Origin: an uncultured Nitrososphaerota archaeon
GTDB lineage: Archaea > Thermoproteota > Methanomethylicia > Methanomethylicales > Methanomethylicaceae
Direction of reading: 5' to 3'
Length of the DNA stretch: 48,162 bases
Assembly (NCBI GenBank): GCA_964477685.1
Contig: CAYZHK010000003.1
Span: forward strand, 1-48,162
Shown here: in pieces, positions 36,401 through 44,855 of the stretch
Position numbering within the stretch: the stretch's first letter is position 1
How the letters are laid out: each line of letters begins with the position of its first letter
The notes under the pieces: model-generated
Databases searched by the model: none
What the model was told of the DNA's origin: nothing
What the model saw: the letters and a program-made list of their open reading frames with translations, nothing else
Translations under genes and position numbers: made by a program

Positions 36401-37503
36401 CTCTTGGCTTCGGCCAGCGTGTGGCCAATGTTCTCGCCGGTGTCAGGGTCTATCTGCGAGACGTACCCGTGCTCACTGCCTGTAACGTATTTTGCCTGTT
36501 CAAGGATCCGGGCGGCAATCTCGGCTATGGAGAGGGAGCCGGATATTATGGGCTTGTAGAGGTTGCCAAGGGCGGTATTGACCGCAAGCTCCCAGATAAG
36601 CGCTGATTGGGCCTTCTTCCTCTCGGTGATGTCCTCTATGACAAGGATGATGCGATCATACCTGCCGTTCTTGCTCTTCAGGGCAGAAGTGTTGACATTG
36701 ACATCGATCAGGGATCCGTCCTTGCCGATCATCCGGGCCTCATAGTGCATTATGAAGCCCGCCTTCTTGACCTCCCTCAGGGACGAGAGGACACGCTCGG
36801 TGTCTTCGGGATGGAAGAATTCGGCTACGGGCTTCCCTATGACTTCGGCGGGGAGGTAGTCCAGGAAGTACTGGACCTTGCCGTTGCAGTCCACTATCAC
36901 CCCGTCTTCGCTGAGGGTGGCGATAAAGTTCGCTGCCGCCTCGAAGATCACCTGGTTCTTCTCCTCCGAACCCATCAGCGCATCGAGCATCAGCCTCCTC
37001 TCGCTGATGTCCGAGATGGAGGCGAAGACCCGGGCCAGACTCTCCTCGTAACCGGGCGCGGCATTCCATCTCACCAGTGCGTGGACCAGCTCGCCATTCA
37101 TCCTGCTCCCCACCATCTCGGCCTCATAGGCGGATTTGTTGGAGTAGATGGCTATGAGCTGGTTCTTGAGCGGTAGGAGACTCTCCTTGGTAAAGAATTT
37201 TGAAAAGTTACTCTTCAGGATCTCCCTGGACGGGACACCGAGGAGCTTGAGGGTCTGGTGGTTTGCGTCTATCACCCTGACCAGCTCAAGGCACTTCTGG
37301 ATCTCCTGGGGGTACCGTTCGAAGTGCCAGCGGGGGTCCTTCACCCCGCTTTCCCTGAGGTGGTCGAGGTATTTCCTGACCTCGTAGAGGTCTATTTCCA
37401 TCAGCGGCAAGGGTGAATTCTCAAAGAGGGTCCGGAACCGCGACTCACTCTCCCTGAGGGCCTCCCTCAGGTGGTCGTACTCGTCAGTAGGGCCCATCGC
37501 CAC
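33421..37503 (-). CDS. Cytoplasmic multi-sensor histidine kinase (about 7 PAS + GAF + HisKA + HATPase)
   Basis: Repeated (D/P)I(T/S)(E/D/Q)R PAS/PAC ends; GAF with LSVPV...GQIALAN; H-box SHELRTP; NLLSNASKF, DNGMGI, GTGLGL; no TM segment. Confidence 0.93.
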   Translation of the reverse strand: MAMGPTDEYDHLREALRESESRFRTLFENSPLPLMEIDLYEVRKYLDHLRESGVKDPRWHFERYPQEIQKCLELVRVIDANHQTLKLLGVPSREILKSNFSKFFTKESLLPLKNQLIAIYSNKSAYEAEMVGSRMNGELVHALVRWNAAPGYEESLARVFASISDISERRLMLDALMGSEEKNQVIFEAAANFIATLSEDGVIVDCNGKVQYFLDYLPAEVIGKPVAEFFHPEDTERVLSSLREVKKAGFIMHYEARMIGKDGSLIDVNVNTSALKSKNGRYDRIILVIEDITERKKAQSALIWELAVNTALGNLYKPIISGSLSIAEIAARILEQAKYVTGSEHGYVSQIDPDTGENIGHTLAEAKRGECRVNHKGAQLSFPRMQGGIYESLWGHALNTHIGFYTNTPDRHPSARGAPMGHIPLKRFLSVPVLLGNELVGQIALANSHRDYNDRDLEAISRMGEYYALAIRRRRMEEELQESEDKYRRLVEFSTDGVVIIQDGKIAYINQAGAKMIGAKYPESIIGCRSLDFVHPDYQSILEEKVGRASRVIQPLLERKFTRLDGRVIDMEVTALPFIFKGKAAIQVIFRDITDRKRMENELRTSKEKYQQLVELAYEGIWVLDAKDRTTFVNQRMCEMLGMPTEKILERPIFDFIEEDGRKDARENLELHKKGIKAQRDFVFVRQDGSRMHALLHTTPLFDEDGGFSGLLSLVTDITERKLMEERLRTKNEKLELITSNLSIGVSIISRDYRTIWANSVMRNLFGDVETQCCYSAIHNLDGVCEGCGLERVFAGEPIHKHEQMSTDSNGRPVWSQIITTPIKNSKGSVILALEIVIPITERKEAEEALQVSEVMYRGLFENLPDGLYQSSVDGKLLKVNDALVKTLGYSSKEELLSVDIAKDLYANLEDRTINTRLLEERGEIKNNELVLKRKDGHMITVLENTHVVKDNRGNTLYYEGALSDITERKRMEDELRKYTGHLAEMVEERARELALSQAKFSKIIESSPDPMVVIEADGRISECNQASLSLLSMGGREELIGRNYLEFVKEGDRGRIMERMKDLYASGNMKDLELTIVAKDKEVPLALSVGLIQDKAMGNESAVLIGKDITQRKLAEAELRNIMGIREQFLSNISHELRTPLVSMMGYLDYILTGKLGPIPPKIQENLEVVKRNTNRLIRLTNDILDVRRMESGKIPLELERLDLEALINDCVEELKPFIVEKQQRLNLEGLGQPLFVEGDQLRLHQVMTNLLSNASKFTREGGSITVWVGSEGNNHRVEISDNGMGIRKEDLERVFDPFTAIKKTTYVRGTGLGLSVTKDLIEAHGGKIWVESDGEGTGARFIFLLPKKIPYNGENMNA

Positions 37504-37598
37504 GGCGGTCTTCCGTGGCTGATGCTTCCTCGGCTGAGCACGCTGCTGGACAGTACGGCGCAGACGTCTTCACCTGATAATCAAAGCACCCTAAATCG

Positions 37599-37691
37599 CT
37601 TAAAAACGAAATGAACAAGGCGACCGTATGGCGACTGCAGATAGGTGGGAGGCGACAGGCGACAGATATGAAACCACAGGAAACTATTAAA
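37599..37691. promoter_or_regulatory. Divergent promoters of the kinase and methyltransferase operons, with four GGCGAC repeats between them
   Basis: Minus-strand TTTTTAAG at 37606-37599; plus-strand GGAAAC-TATTAAA ending at 37691; GGCGAC at 37619, 37630, 37651 and 37658. Confidence 0.45.
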
Positions 37692-37731
37692 ATGGCTAGG
37701 GTATGATTTTTTTCCAACGGGGTAATCCATT

Positions 37732-38391
37732 TTGAACCATGAACAGATGCTTCAGGACCTTTCGAGGGCTGTGATTGAGGGGGATTCGGCCAAGGCTGAG
37801 GGCGCCGCCAAGAGGGCCCTTGAGGGTGGCATGGACCCTCTCATGGCGATAACCAACGGGCTGAACAGGGGCATGGCCCAGGTGGGAGATGACTTCGGCA
37901 AGCTTAAGGTGTACCTCCCCGAGGTCATGATGGCGGCTGATGCCATGAAGTCGGCCCTCGCCATCCTCGAGCCGGCAGCGCTGAAGAAGGACAGTGGCAG
38001 CCTCAAGAAGAGGAAGGTCGTCATCGCCACAATCCTCGGGGACATTCACGACATCGGGAAGAACATCGTCTCTCTCCTGATGCGGGCGAATGGCTTCGAG
38101 GTCTATGACATGGGGAGGGATGTCCCCATCGACGCCATGATCAACAAGGCAGTGGAGACGGGGTCGGATATCATAGCCGCCTCGACGCTCCTCTCCACAT
38201 CGATGCCCTACATGGAGGACCTGCTGAAGCTGCTGAAGGAGCGGAACCTCCGGGAGAGGTTTATCGTGATGGTCGGCGGGGGCCCTGTTACGAGGGAATG
38301 GGCCGAGGAGATCGGGGCTGACGGCTACGGAGATGACGGCGATGAGGCGGTCAAGGTGGCCAAGGAGCTCCTCAAGGGGAGACCGATTTGA
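37732..38391 (+). CDS. mtmC: Methyltransferase corrinoid protein (MtmC/MtbC/MttC family)
   Basis: Cap domain YLPEVMMAA and B12-binding motif GDIHDIGKNIV...S.LL...MVGGGP. Confidence 0.9.
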   Translation: MNHEQMLQDLSRAVIEGDSAKAEGAAKRALEGGMDPLMAITNGLNRGMAQVGDDFGKLKVYLPEVMMAADAMKSALAILEPAALKKDSGSLKKRKVVIATILGDIHDIGKNIVSLLMRANGFEVYDMGRDVPIDAMINKAVETGSDIIAASTLLSTSMPYMEDLLKLLKERNLRERFIVMVGGGPVTREWAEEIGADGYGDDGDEAVKVAKELLKGRPI

Positions 38392-39755
38392 ACACCATCT
38401 GGGAAGCCATCGACAAGGCCGAATCCGGGCAGTACATGGAAGAGAAGGACTTCGACCTCAGGGTCGTGGCCAAGCGCTGCAGGGAACTGGTCGAGGAATA
38501 TGATATCCGCTTCAACCCCGCCGAGATCATTACCGCAGACGACTCCCTGGCGGACGATGTCTACGAGGCGGGGCTCAGGCTGGCGCTGGAGGCGGGGATA
38601 TTCTGCGTCGACACCAAGAGGGTGCTTAGGTACAGCGAGGCGGAGATCAGGGAGGCGAGGCTCTCCGCGCCGTGCCAGCTCACAATCGGCCAAGGAAAGG
38701 ACTCGCGGCTGCTCTACGCCAGGGGTGTCGAGGACCCCCGGATGCCCATCATCTGCGGCGGCCAAGCCGGGGCGGCCATCCCTGAGGAGTGGTACCTCCA
38801 GATGGCGCTCTCCTACATGAAGGAGCCTCTAATCGACATGGTCAATAACGGAGGCCTTGCAGTTGTGGAGGGGAGGAAGGTGAGGACCAGGACGCCGCTG
38901 GAGATCCAGGCGACCCGGCGAGAGCTGACCCTGCTCAGGGAGGCGGCCAGCAGGGCTGGTAGGGGCGGGATTCACCTCCTTGCCGGCGAGAGCAGCGTCT
39001 CGGCGCTGGGGGACCTGGGAATCGCATCCGAAAGGTACATGCGCACCAGCGACGCCCACCTGGTGGCCCTGCTCAACGAGCTCAAGACGGACTATGACAG
39101 GATATCCAAGGTCGTCAACTTCACCGAGTATGGGGCCCACAACGTAACCCTCGTTGACCCCATAATCGGCGGGTACGCCGGTGGTCCGGAGGGCGTGGCG
39201 GTCTGCTTCGTCGCCTCTTTCCTCCTGGGGAGGGCCATGTACAGGTCTGAGTACCACATAATCCACCCCATCCATTTCAGGTACATGAGCACCAGCGCCG
39301 TTGAGTGCATGTGGAACCTGAATGTCGTGGGCCAGGCCATGGCAAGGAATGCCCCCTTCATACTTATGGGCGATGTCTGGACCTCTGCAGGGGCAGGGAC
39401 CGAGATGGTCTTCCATGAGATAGCCGCGAACACCATTACAAACGTTGTAACCGGCTCCCATCCGCTGGGATGCTCGGCGACCAACGGGAAGTACCCCCAC
39501 GCCACCGGTCTCGAGACGCGCTTCATGGCGGAGGTGGCGCTGGCTGCCGCCAGGGCCCGGCTCAAGAGGGGCGATGCCAACAGCATCGTGGTCAAGCTTG
39601 CCAGCCTCTACAAGGAGAAACAGGCGAAACCCGATGTGGGCAGGCCCTTCACCGAGCTCTACGACGTTGGAAGGGTCGTACCCAAGCCGGAGTGGGTTAT
39701 CGTCTACGACAGGATGAAGAGGGAGATCAGGGAGATCACCGGACTGGACATATGA
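38388..39755 (+). CDS. mtmB: Monomethylamine:corrinoid methyltransferase homologue without pyrrolysine (paralogue 1)
   Basis: D..LAD.V.EAG, NELK.D, PIIGGYAGGPEG, AG.GTEM...E, TGLETRFMAEV, G.PF.E.YD. No in-frame TAG. Confidence 0.88.
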   Translation: MNTIWEAIDKAESGQYMEEKDFDLRVVAKRCRELVEEYDIRFNPAEIITADDSLADDVYEAGLRLALEAGIFCVDTKRVLRYSEAEIREARLSAPCQLTIGQGKDSRLLYARGVEDPRMPIICGGQAGAAIPEEWYLQMALSYMKEPLIDMVNNGGLAVVEGRKVRTRTPLEIQATRRELTLLREAASRAGRGGIHLLAGESSVSALGDLGIASERYMRTSDAHLVALLNELKTDYDRISKVVNFTEYGAHNVTLVDPIIGGYAGGPEGVAVCFVASFLLGRAMYRSEYHIIHPIHFRYMSTSAVECMWNLNVVGQAMARNAPFILMGDVWTSAGAGTEMVFHEIAANTITNVVTGSHPLGCSATNGKYPHATGLETRFMAEVALAAARARLKRGDANSIVVKLASLYKEKQAKPDVGRPFTELYDVGRVVPKPEWVIVYDRMKREIREITGLDI

Positions 39756-39756
39756 G

Positions 39757-41139
39757 GTGGTCAAGGTGCGCAGTTACAGGATGGGCGACATGACGGAGAG
39801 GGCCTTCGAGGGCCCCTACATAGAGGAGGGGGAGTTCGACCTCAGGCTGATAAGGCGGCTGAGGGAGATCGTCAGGGAGCACGGCATACGCTACGATCCC
39901 AAGGAGCTTGTCCCGATGGACGACGCCATGCTGGACAGCATTTTCAGGGCAGGGATGGAGCTCCTCCTGGAGCTGGGCTTCTACTGCCAGACCACCAAAC
40001 GGTGCATCAGGCTGGAGGAATGGGAGATCAACACGGTCCTCGACTCGCTTCCCACCAGCTGGACGCTAGGGGAGGGGAAGGACGCCGTTACCATGAATAT
40101 GAGGAGGGTGGAGGATCCAACGCCGCCCATAATCCATTCGGGCCCCACAGGCACCCTCACGACCGAGGGCGATGTTTACGTGAAGACCCTCAGGAGCTAT
40201 GCCCAAGAAATGTGCATAGACTCGGTGGGAGCAGGTACGCTGGCCACAATCGATGGTATCAAGATCAGGAAGGGGACGCCGCAGGAGTTCAGGGCAGCGA
40301 GGATGCTGGGGCTCTGGGCCCGGGAGGCGATCACTGCAGCCGGCAGGCCGGGAATGCACATCAATGATGTGGCTGTGGTGAGCCCCGAGGCCAAGATCTG
40401 CGCCCTCAACCCCCAGTATGGCATACGGCCGACCGACGGGATGCTGGTCTCCCAGATGATAGAGCTGAAGACCAGCCTCGCCCATATGGCGCTGATAGAG
40501 CATATGCTGAGCTACGGCTGCTTCGTGGGGAACCTCATGACGCCGATCCTCGGGGGCTACTCGGGTGGTCCTGAGGGGACCGCCGTCTGCACGGTCGCTG
40601 AACACATTGCTGGGGCGGTGGTCTACAACGCCAACTACCACTATCTCAGCCTCACCAACGTCCGCAACCTCAACGGCACCGACAGGCTGGGCCTATGGGC
40701 CATAAGCGCCGTGGGAGAGGCACTTGCCAGGAACACGAACATTATGACAATCTTCGACTGCTACTGCGCGGCTGGCCCAGGCGAGGAGACGCTCCTCAGG
40801 GAAGCGGCCGCAGGGGGCGTTGCCGCCTCGGTCAGTGGCATGAACCTCATGGGGTGCGGCTCCTGCGGCGGCAAGCTCGTGGACCACGAGACAGGGCTTG
40901 AGGCCAGAATGCTCAAGGAGGTGGGCGTGGCGGCCGCAGGGATGAAGAGGGAGGAAGCGAACGAGTTCCTCCGCTCGTGGCTTCCCACCTACGAGGACAG
41001 GCTGGACATCACAAAATCTCCCAAGGGGAGCACCTTCCAGCAGCTGTACAACATGGGGACAGCCAAGCCGAAGAAGGAGTGGGAGGACAAGTACGGAAAG
41101 ATCGTAAGGGAGCTTGTGGAGCGGGGAATCCCCCCATAG
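39757..41139 (+). CDS. mtmB: Monomethylamine:corrinoid methyltransferase homologue without pyrrolysine (paralogue 2)
   Basis: AGRPGM, ELKT, PILGGYSGGPEG, AGPG.E..L.E, TGLEARM..EV, G.TFQQLY. No in-frame TAG. Confidence 0.88.
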   Translation: MVKVRSYRMGDMTERAFEGPYIEEGEFDLRLIRRLREIVREHGIRYDPKELVPMDDAMLDSIFRAGMELLLELGFYCQTTKRCIRLEEWEINTVLDSLPTSWTLGEGKDAVTMNMRRVEDPTPPIIHSGPTGTLTTEGDVYVKTLRSYAQEMCIDSVGAGTLATIDGIKIRKGTPQEFRAARMLGLWAREAITAAGRPGMHINDVAVVSPEAKICALNPQYGIRPTDGMLVSQMIELKTSLAHMALIEHMLSYGCFVGNLMTPILGGYSGGPEGTAVCTVAEHIAGAVVYNANYHYLSLTNVRNLNGTDRLGLWAISAVGEALARNTNIMTIFDCYCAAGPGEETLLREAAAGGVAASVSGMNLMGCGSCGGKLVDHETGLEARMLKEVGVAAAGMKREEANEFLRSWLPTYEDRLDITKSPKGSTFQQLYNMGTAKPKKEWEDKYGKIVRELVERGIPP

Positions 41140-41184
41140 AGATGGGATATCCATCCTGCCCAACTGGGCTGTGCCTCCCCAGAA

Positions 41185-41212
41185 CCCTACTGCCTTATTT
41201 TTTTCATTTTCT
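41185..41212 (+). terminator. Oligo-T terminator of the mtm operon
   Basis: CCTTATTTTTTTCATTTTCT about 50 bp after the stop. Confidence 0.45.
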
Positions 41213-41242
41213 CCGCTGCGCAGTTGGGGGTGAAGGAAGAGG

Positions 41243-42184
41243 TCATTGATCCCTTGCGTAGGGAGCACCAAGGTTAGCCGGCCCCTTGCTCATTCTTCCG
41301 CCAACCACCAGAGCCACAATTGTGACCAAATAGGGCAGCAGTGTTAGGAGTTGAGCCAACGAAGCGGCATCGGGACCAGTCAGGAATGTTGTGCTCCAAT
41401 TGGACAATGCCTCGGTAAATCCAAAGAGGAGGGATCCCAATAGGGCACCAAACGGGTTCCACCTCCCCAGAATCACTATGGAGACCGCTATGAAGCCCAA
41501 TCCCCCCGTCAGCCGTGTATCGAAGGTGTTGAACTGGGACAGGGTCACAAATGCCCCGGCCAGCCCCACCAGAGCCCCCTCCAAGACCAGGGATGTGTAC
41601 CTCACATTGGATGTGTTGATCCCGATATAGGCCGCGATCCGAGGGTCCTCCCCCACTGACCTGAGCCGCAGTCCATAGGTGGTCCTGTATATCAGGTAGA
41701 AGATGGCCGGCACAAGGATCAGCGCGAGGTAGAAGAAGATGGTCTGGTTGAACAAGATGGGCCCCAATATCGGGATCTCGCTTAGAAGGGGTATTGGGAT
41801 GGGGTTGAACAGGTATGAAAGGTGAGGGTAGCCTCCACCGGGGAATACGACCCTGAGCAGGTAGAGGGCAAGTCCGCTGGCCAGGAGGTTGATTGCCAAG
41901 CCACTGACCACCTGGTCTAGGTTGAACCGGACGACCAAGAAGCCAAAAAGGAGAACCATCACGGTCCCGCCAATTATTGCCGTCAGGATCCCCACAACGA
42001 GCTGGCCCGTCAGGAATGCTCCCAGGAAGCCACAGAAGGCGCCGATGAGCATTGCCCCCTCGATCCCCAAGTTCAGGATCCCTCCCTTCTCGACGATGGT
42101 CTCCCCCAGAGATGCCAAAAGAAGGGGGCAGGCGAAGCTGATGGAGGACGCCATCAAAGCAACGACGATTGGCAGATCGATCAT
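41243..42184 (-). CDS. ABC transporter permease (nucleoside/BMP type)
   Basis: LGE.I.EKGG.LNLGIEG, DQVVSGLAIN, GLRLRSVGE.P, G.GFIA...I.GRWNP, LPY.VTI. Confidence 0.9.
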   Translation of the reverse strand: MIDLPIVVALMASSISFACPLLLASLGETIVEKGGILNLGIEGAMLIGAFCGFLGAFLTGQLVVGILTAIIGGTVMVLLFGFLVVRFNLDQVVSGLAINLLASGLALYLLRVVFPGGGYPHLSYLFNPIPIPLLSEIPILGPILFNQTIFFYLALILVPAIFYLIYRTTYGLRLRSVGEDPRIAAYIGINTSNVRYTSLVLEGALVGLAGAFVTLSQFNTFDTRLTGGLGFIAVSIVILGRWNPFGALLGSLLFGFTEALSNWSTTFLTGPDAASLAQLLTLLPYLVTIVALVVGGRMSKGPANLGAPYARDQ

Positions 42185-43254
42185 CGCTTGAAGACCCCCT
42201 TTCTCTCAAGGAATCGCATGATGTATTCGGACCCAAGAACGAATATGACCAGGACACCTTCAACGAAATATACTATCCCTGTGGGCAAGCCGAGCTGTAT
42301 TGAAAGGCTCACCGAGCCGTTGTAGATGGCGGCCAGTAAAAAGGACGCCAGAGTAATGCCGATGGGGTTTGTCTGGCCGAGCAGGGCCACCACGATCCCG
42401 GTATAGCCATAGCCAGGGGAGAGCGAACTCATGACGCTGAACTGGATTCCAAGCACCTCGAAGAGCCCGGCCAGGCCCGCCAGCCCACCGCTGAGCATGA
42501 GTGCCAGCAGTATGGTCCTCTTCACATTTATGCCGCCATAGCGGGCGGCTTCCGGGTTCTCCCCCACAACCCTGAGCTTGTAGCCAAGTGTGGTCTTCTG
42601 GACCAGGAAGTAGACCAAGGGGAAGACGATGACCAGGGCAATTATTATTCCCAAATGCAGCCTTGTCCCCGGCACCAGCACAGGGAGAATGGCTGCGGCC
42701 GGGACGTTGGCAGACTGGGGAAAAGCGGCAGTTGGACTCTGGAATGGGTAGGAGATGAGCCATGTCACAAGGTCAATCGCGACAAAGTTCATCAGGAATG
42801 TTGTTATAACCTCGTTGATGCCAAGGCGAGTTTTCATCAGCGCCGGGATCGCAGCCCAGGCCATACCCCCCAATATCCCCATTACAACTGCCGCAGGCAG
42901 GGCCAATGGTGTGTTGCCAAGGGATATAGCAGTCTCTGCCCCCAAGAAAGCGCCTATGTAGAGCTGCCCTTCGGCCCCGATGTTCCATACCTTACACTTG
43001 AAGGCTATACCGAGGCCCAGAGAGACCAACAGGATGGGGCTCGTCCGCACAAGCGTTTCAATCAGGAAATTGGTGTTGCCAAGGGACCCATAGAACATGT
43101 AGAAATAGGCTACGAATGGATTTACGCCCGAGATGATGAAGAGCCCAGAGGTAACGACCAAGGCAAGGAGGATCGAGATGATTGCCTTGTAGATGGAACG
43201 GAGGGTCCCTCTCGGCAACATGCTGCGAAGGTTTCTCTCCATGACCCTTACCAT
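42181..43254 (-). CDS. ABC transporter permease (nucleoside/BMP type)
   Basis: WNIGAEGQ, NEVITT.LMN, G.NP.AA.YGGI, GYG..GI.VALLG. Confidence 0.9.
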   Translation of the reverse strand: MVRVMERNLRSMLPRGTLRSIYKAIISILLALVVTSGLFIISGVNPFVAYFYMFYGSLGNTNFLIETLVRTSPILLVSLGLGIAFKCKVWNIGAEGQLYIGAFLGAETAISLGNTPLALPAAVVMGILGGMAWAAIPALMKTRLGINEVITTFLMNFVAIDLVTWLISYPFQSPTAAFPQSANVPAAAILPVLVPGTRLHLGIIIALVIVFPLVYFLVQKTTLGYKLRVVGENPEAARYGGINVKRTILLALMLSGGLAGLAGLFEVLGIQFSVMSSLSPGYGYTGIVVALLGQTNPIGITLASFLLAAIYNGSVSLSIQLGLPTGIVYFVEGVLVIFVLGSEYIMRFLERKGVFKR

Positions 43255-43263
43255 CCATCCCGC

Positions 43264-44772
43264 TCAGTCTGAGCCCAACATCATCTTGGCAAGCCTCTGC
43301 ATGTCAAGGTCGCCCCGCATGAACTCCCCCATGATCTTTCCGTCAAACATGACCACGATCCTGTCGCTGAGCTTGACGATTTCATCCAGGTCAGCCGAGA
43401 GAAGCATCACAGCGACACCCCGGGATTTCAGATCGAGCAGGCGCTTGTGTATGGCCTCCGAGGCCTTGACGTCTAGGCCGGCTGTTGGCTGCTCGGCGAT
43501 GACCATGTTGGCCCCGTTCGAGAGCTCCCGCGCCACTACCAGTTTTTGTATGTTTCCTCCCGAGAGGCTACTCACACAGGCGCGCGAGTCGGATGTTTTA
43601 ATTCCGAATTGTGAAATGAGATTCTGAACCCGGTCCTCCACCTTCCTCTGGTCGATGACCATCCTTCTGCTGAATGGCGCGTCCTCTATGGACTTGAGGG
43701 CGAGGTTGTCCGATATACTCAGATTCAGGATGACGCCCCTCTTCATCTTATCCTCGGGTATGTAGGAGACGCCGCTCCTTATGATGAACTGTGGGGGCCT
43801 GTTCGTGAGGTCACAGGATTTCATAAGGATGGTGCCGGATTCAGATCTCCGCAGACCTGTGATGGCCTCCACAAGCTCCTTCTGGCCATTGCCCGCGACC
43901 CCAGCAACGCCAAGGATCTCACCGGACTTGAGGATCAAGTCCAGCCCCTTGACGGCAATTCTTCCAGAATCGCCCTTGACAGAAAGCCCCTTAACTATCA
44001 ATAAAGCCTCCCCCGGCGCCGTCCTTGCTCCATTTCTCGATGGCACAAATCCCTCCACGACGCAGCTTGCCAGATCCCTTTCGTTGGTCTTACTGGCGCT
44101 CAGCGTCCTGACAACCTTCCCCTGCCTCATTATTGTTATCCTGTCGCTTATGGCCAGGGCCTCCTTCACCTTATGGGTGATCAGGATTACCGACTTCCCC
44201 TTCTCCTTTAGGCCCTTGATTATCCGGAAAAGCTCCTCCACCTCAAGGGGGGTGAGGACGGAGGTAGGCTCATCGAGAATAAGGATGTTCACGTCCTGGC
44301 AGAGGAGGCGAATTATTTCCACCCTCTGCTGCAGCCCCACGGGCAGCTGTTCTATCCTGGCATCGGGGTCTATTTTCAGACCCAGATTTTTTGAGACCTC
44401 CAATATTTTGTTCTTAACATCCTCTAGCCTCAGCCTCCCCGGCAGGAACATACTAAGGGCAACGTTCTCAGTAACCGTAAAGGTCGGTATGAGTGAGAAG
44501 TGCTGATGGACCATGCCTATTCCGAGCTTTATCGCCTTCATGGGGTCGGTAATATTCACTTTCTCGCCATTCACGCATATTGTGCCACAATCGGGAGCTA
44601 GGCAGCCCGACAGTATCTTCATCAGAGTGGTCTTGCCGGCCCCATTTTCCCCCAGAACCGCATGGACCTCGCCCTTGAGCACACCGAATGTGACATTGTT
44701 GTTGGCGACCAAGCCATTGGCATAGGTCTTTGTGATGCCTTCGACGTAGAGGGCGTAGTCAGCATTCGCCAA
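43264..44772 (-). CDS. ABC transporter ATPase with two ABC domains (CUT2 family)
   Basis: GENGAGKTT, GMVHQHF, ILDEPT, GVAGNGQ, LSGGNIQK, QPT.GLD. Confidence 0.93.
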   Translation of the reverse strand: MANADYALYVEGITKTYANGLVANNNVTFGVLKGEVHAVLGENGAGKTTLMKILSGCLAPDCGTICVNGEKVNITDPMKAIKLGIGMVHQHFSLIPTFTVTENVALSMFLPGRLRLEDVKNKILEVSKNLGLKIDPDARIEQLPVGLQQRVEIIRLLCQDVNILILDEPTSVLTPLEVEELFRIIKGLKEKGKSVILITHKVKEALAISDRITIMRQGKVVRTLSASKTNERDLASCVVEGFVPSRNGARTAPGEALLIVKGLSVKGDSGRIAVKGLDLILKSGEILGVAGVAGNGQKELVEAITGLRRSESGTILMKSCDLTNRPPQFIIRSGVSYIPEDKMKRGVILNLSISDNLALKSIEDAPFSRRMVIDQRKVEDRVQNLISQFGIKTSDSRACVSSLSGGNIQKLVVARELSNGANMVIAEQPTAGLDVKASEAIHKRLLDLKSRGVAVMLLSADLDEIVKLSDRIVVMFDGKIMGEFMRGDLDMQRLAKMMLGSD

Positions 44773-44820
44773 TTGATCTCCTCACCTGGGGTCTAGGTTG
44801 GTGGAATCATCGGGTCGCTC

Positions 44821-44850
44821 CCATAAAAAAAATTGGGGAGGGGCATTTAG
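44821..44850 (-). terminator. Intra-operon oligo-T terminator after the substrate-binding protein gene
   Basis: CCCCTCCCCAATTTTTTTTAT on the minus strand between the bmp and ATPase genes. Confidence 0.45.
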
Positions 44851-44855
44851 CCACC

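Noticed and set aside
38388-41139. Pyrrolysine/TAG readthrough or other recoding
   Set aside because: No in-frame TAG in either mtmB. TAG stops elsewhere (dinB, aor, mtmB2) fall at natural C-termini. No Sec-type TGA is needed in any Fe-S gene.
41141-41155. GATGG-GATAT-CCATC palindrome resembling the B12-gene operator
   Set aside because: Different core and spacing, and it lies downstream of a stop codon rather than at a promoter; more likely part of a 3' end structure.
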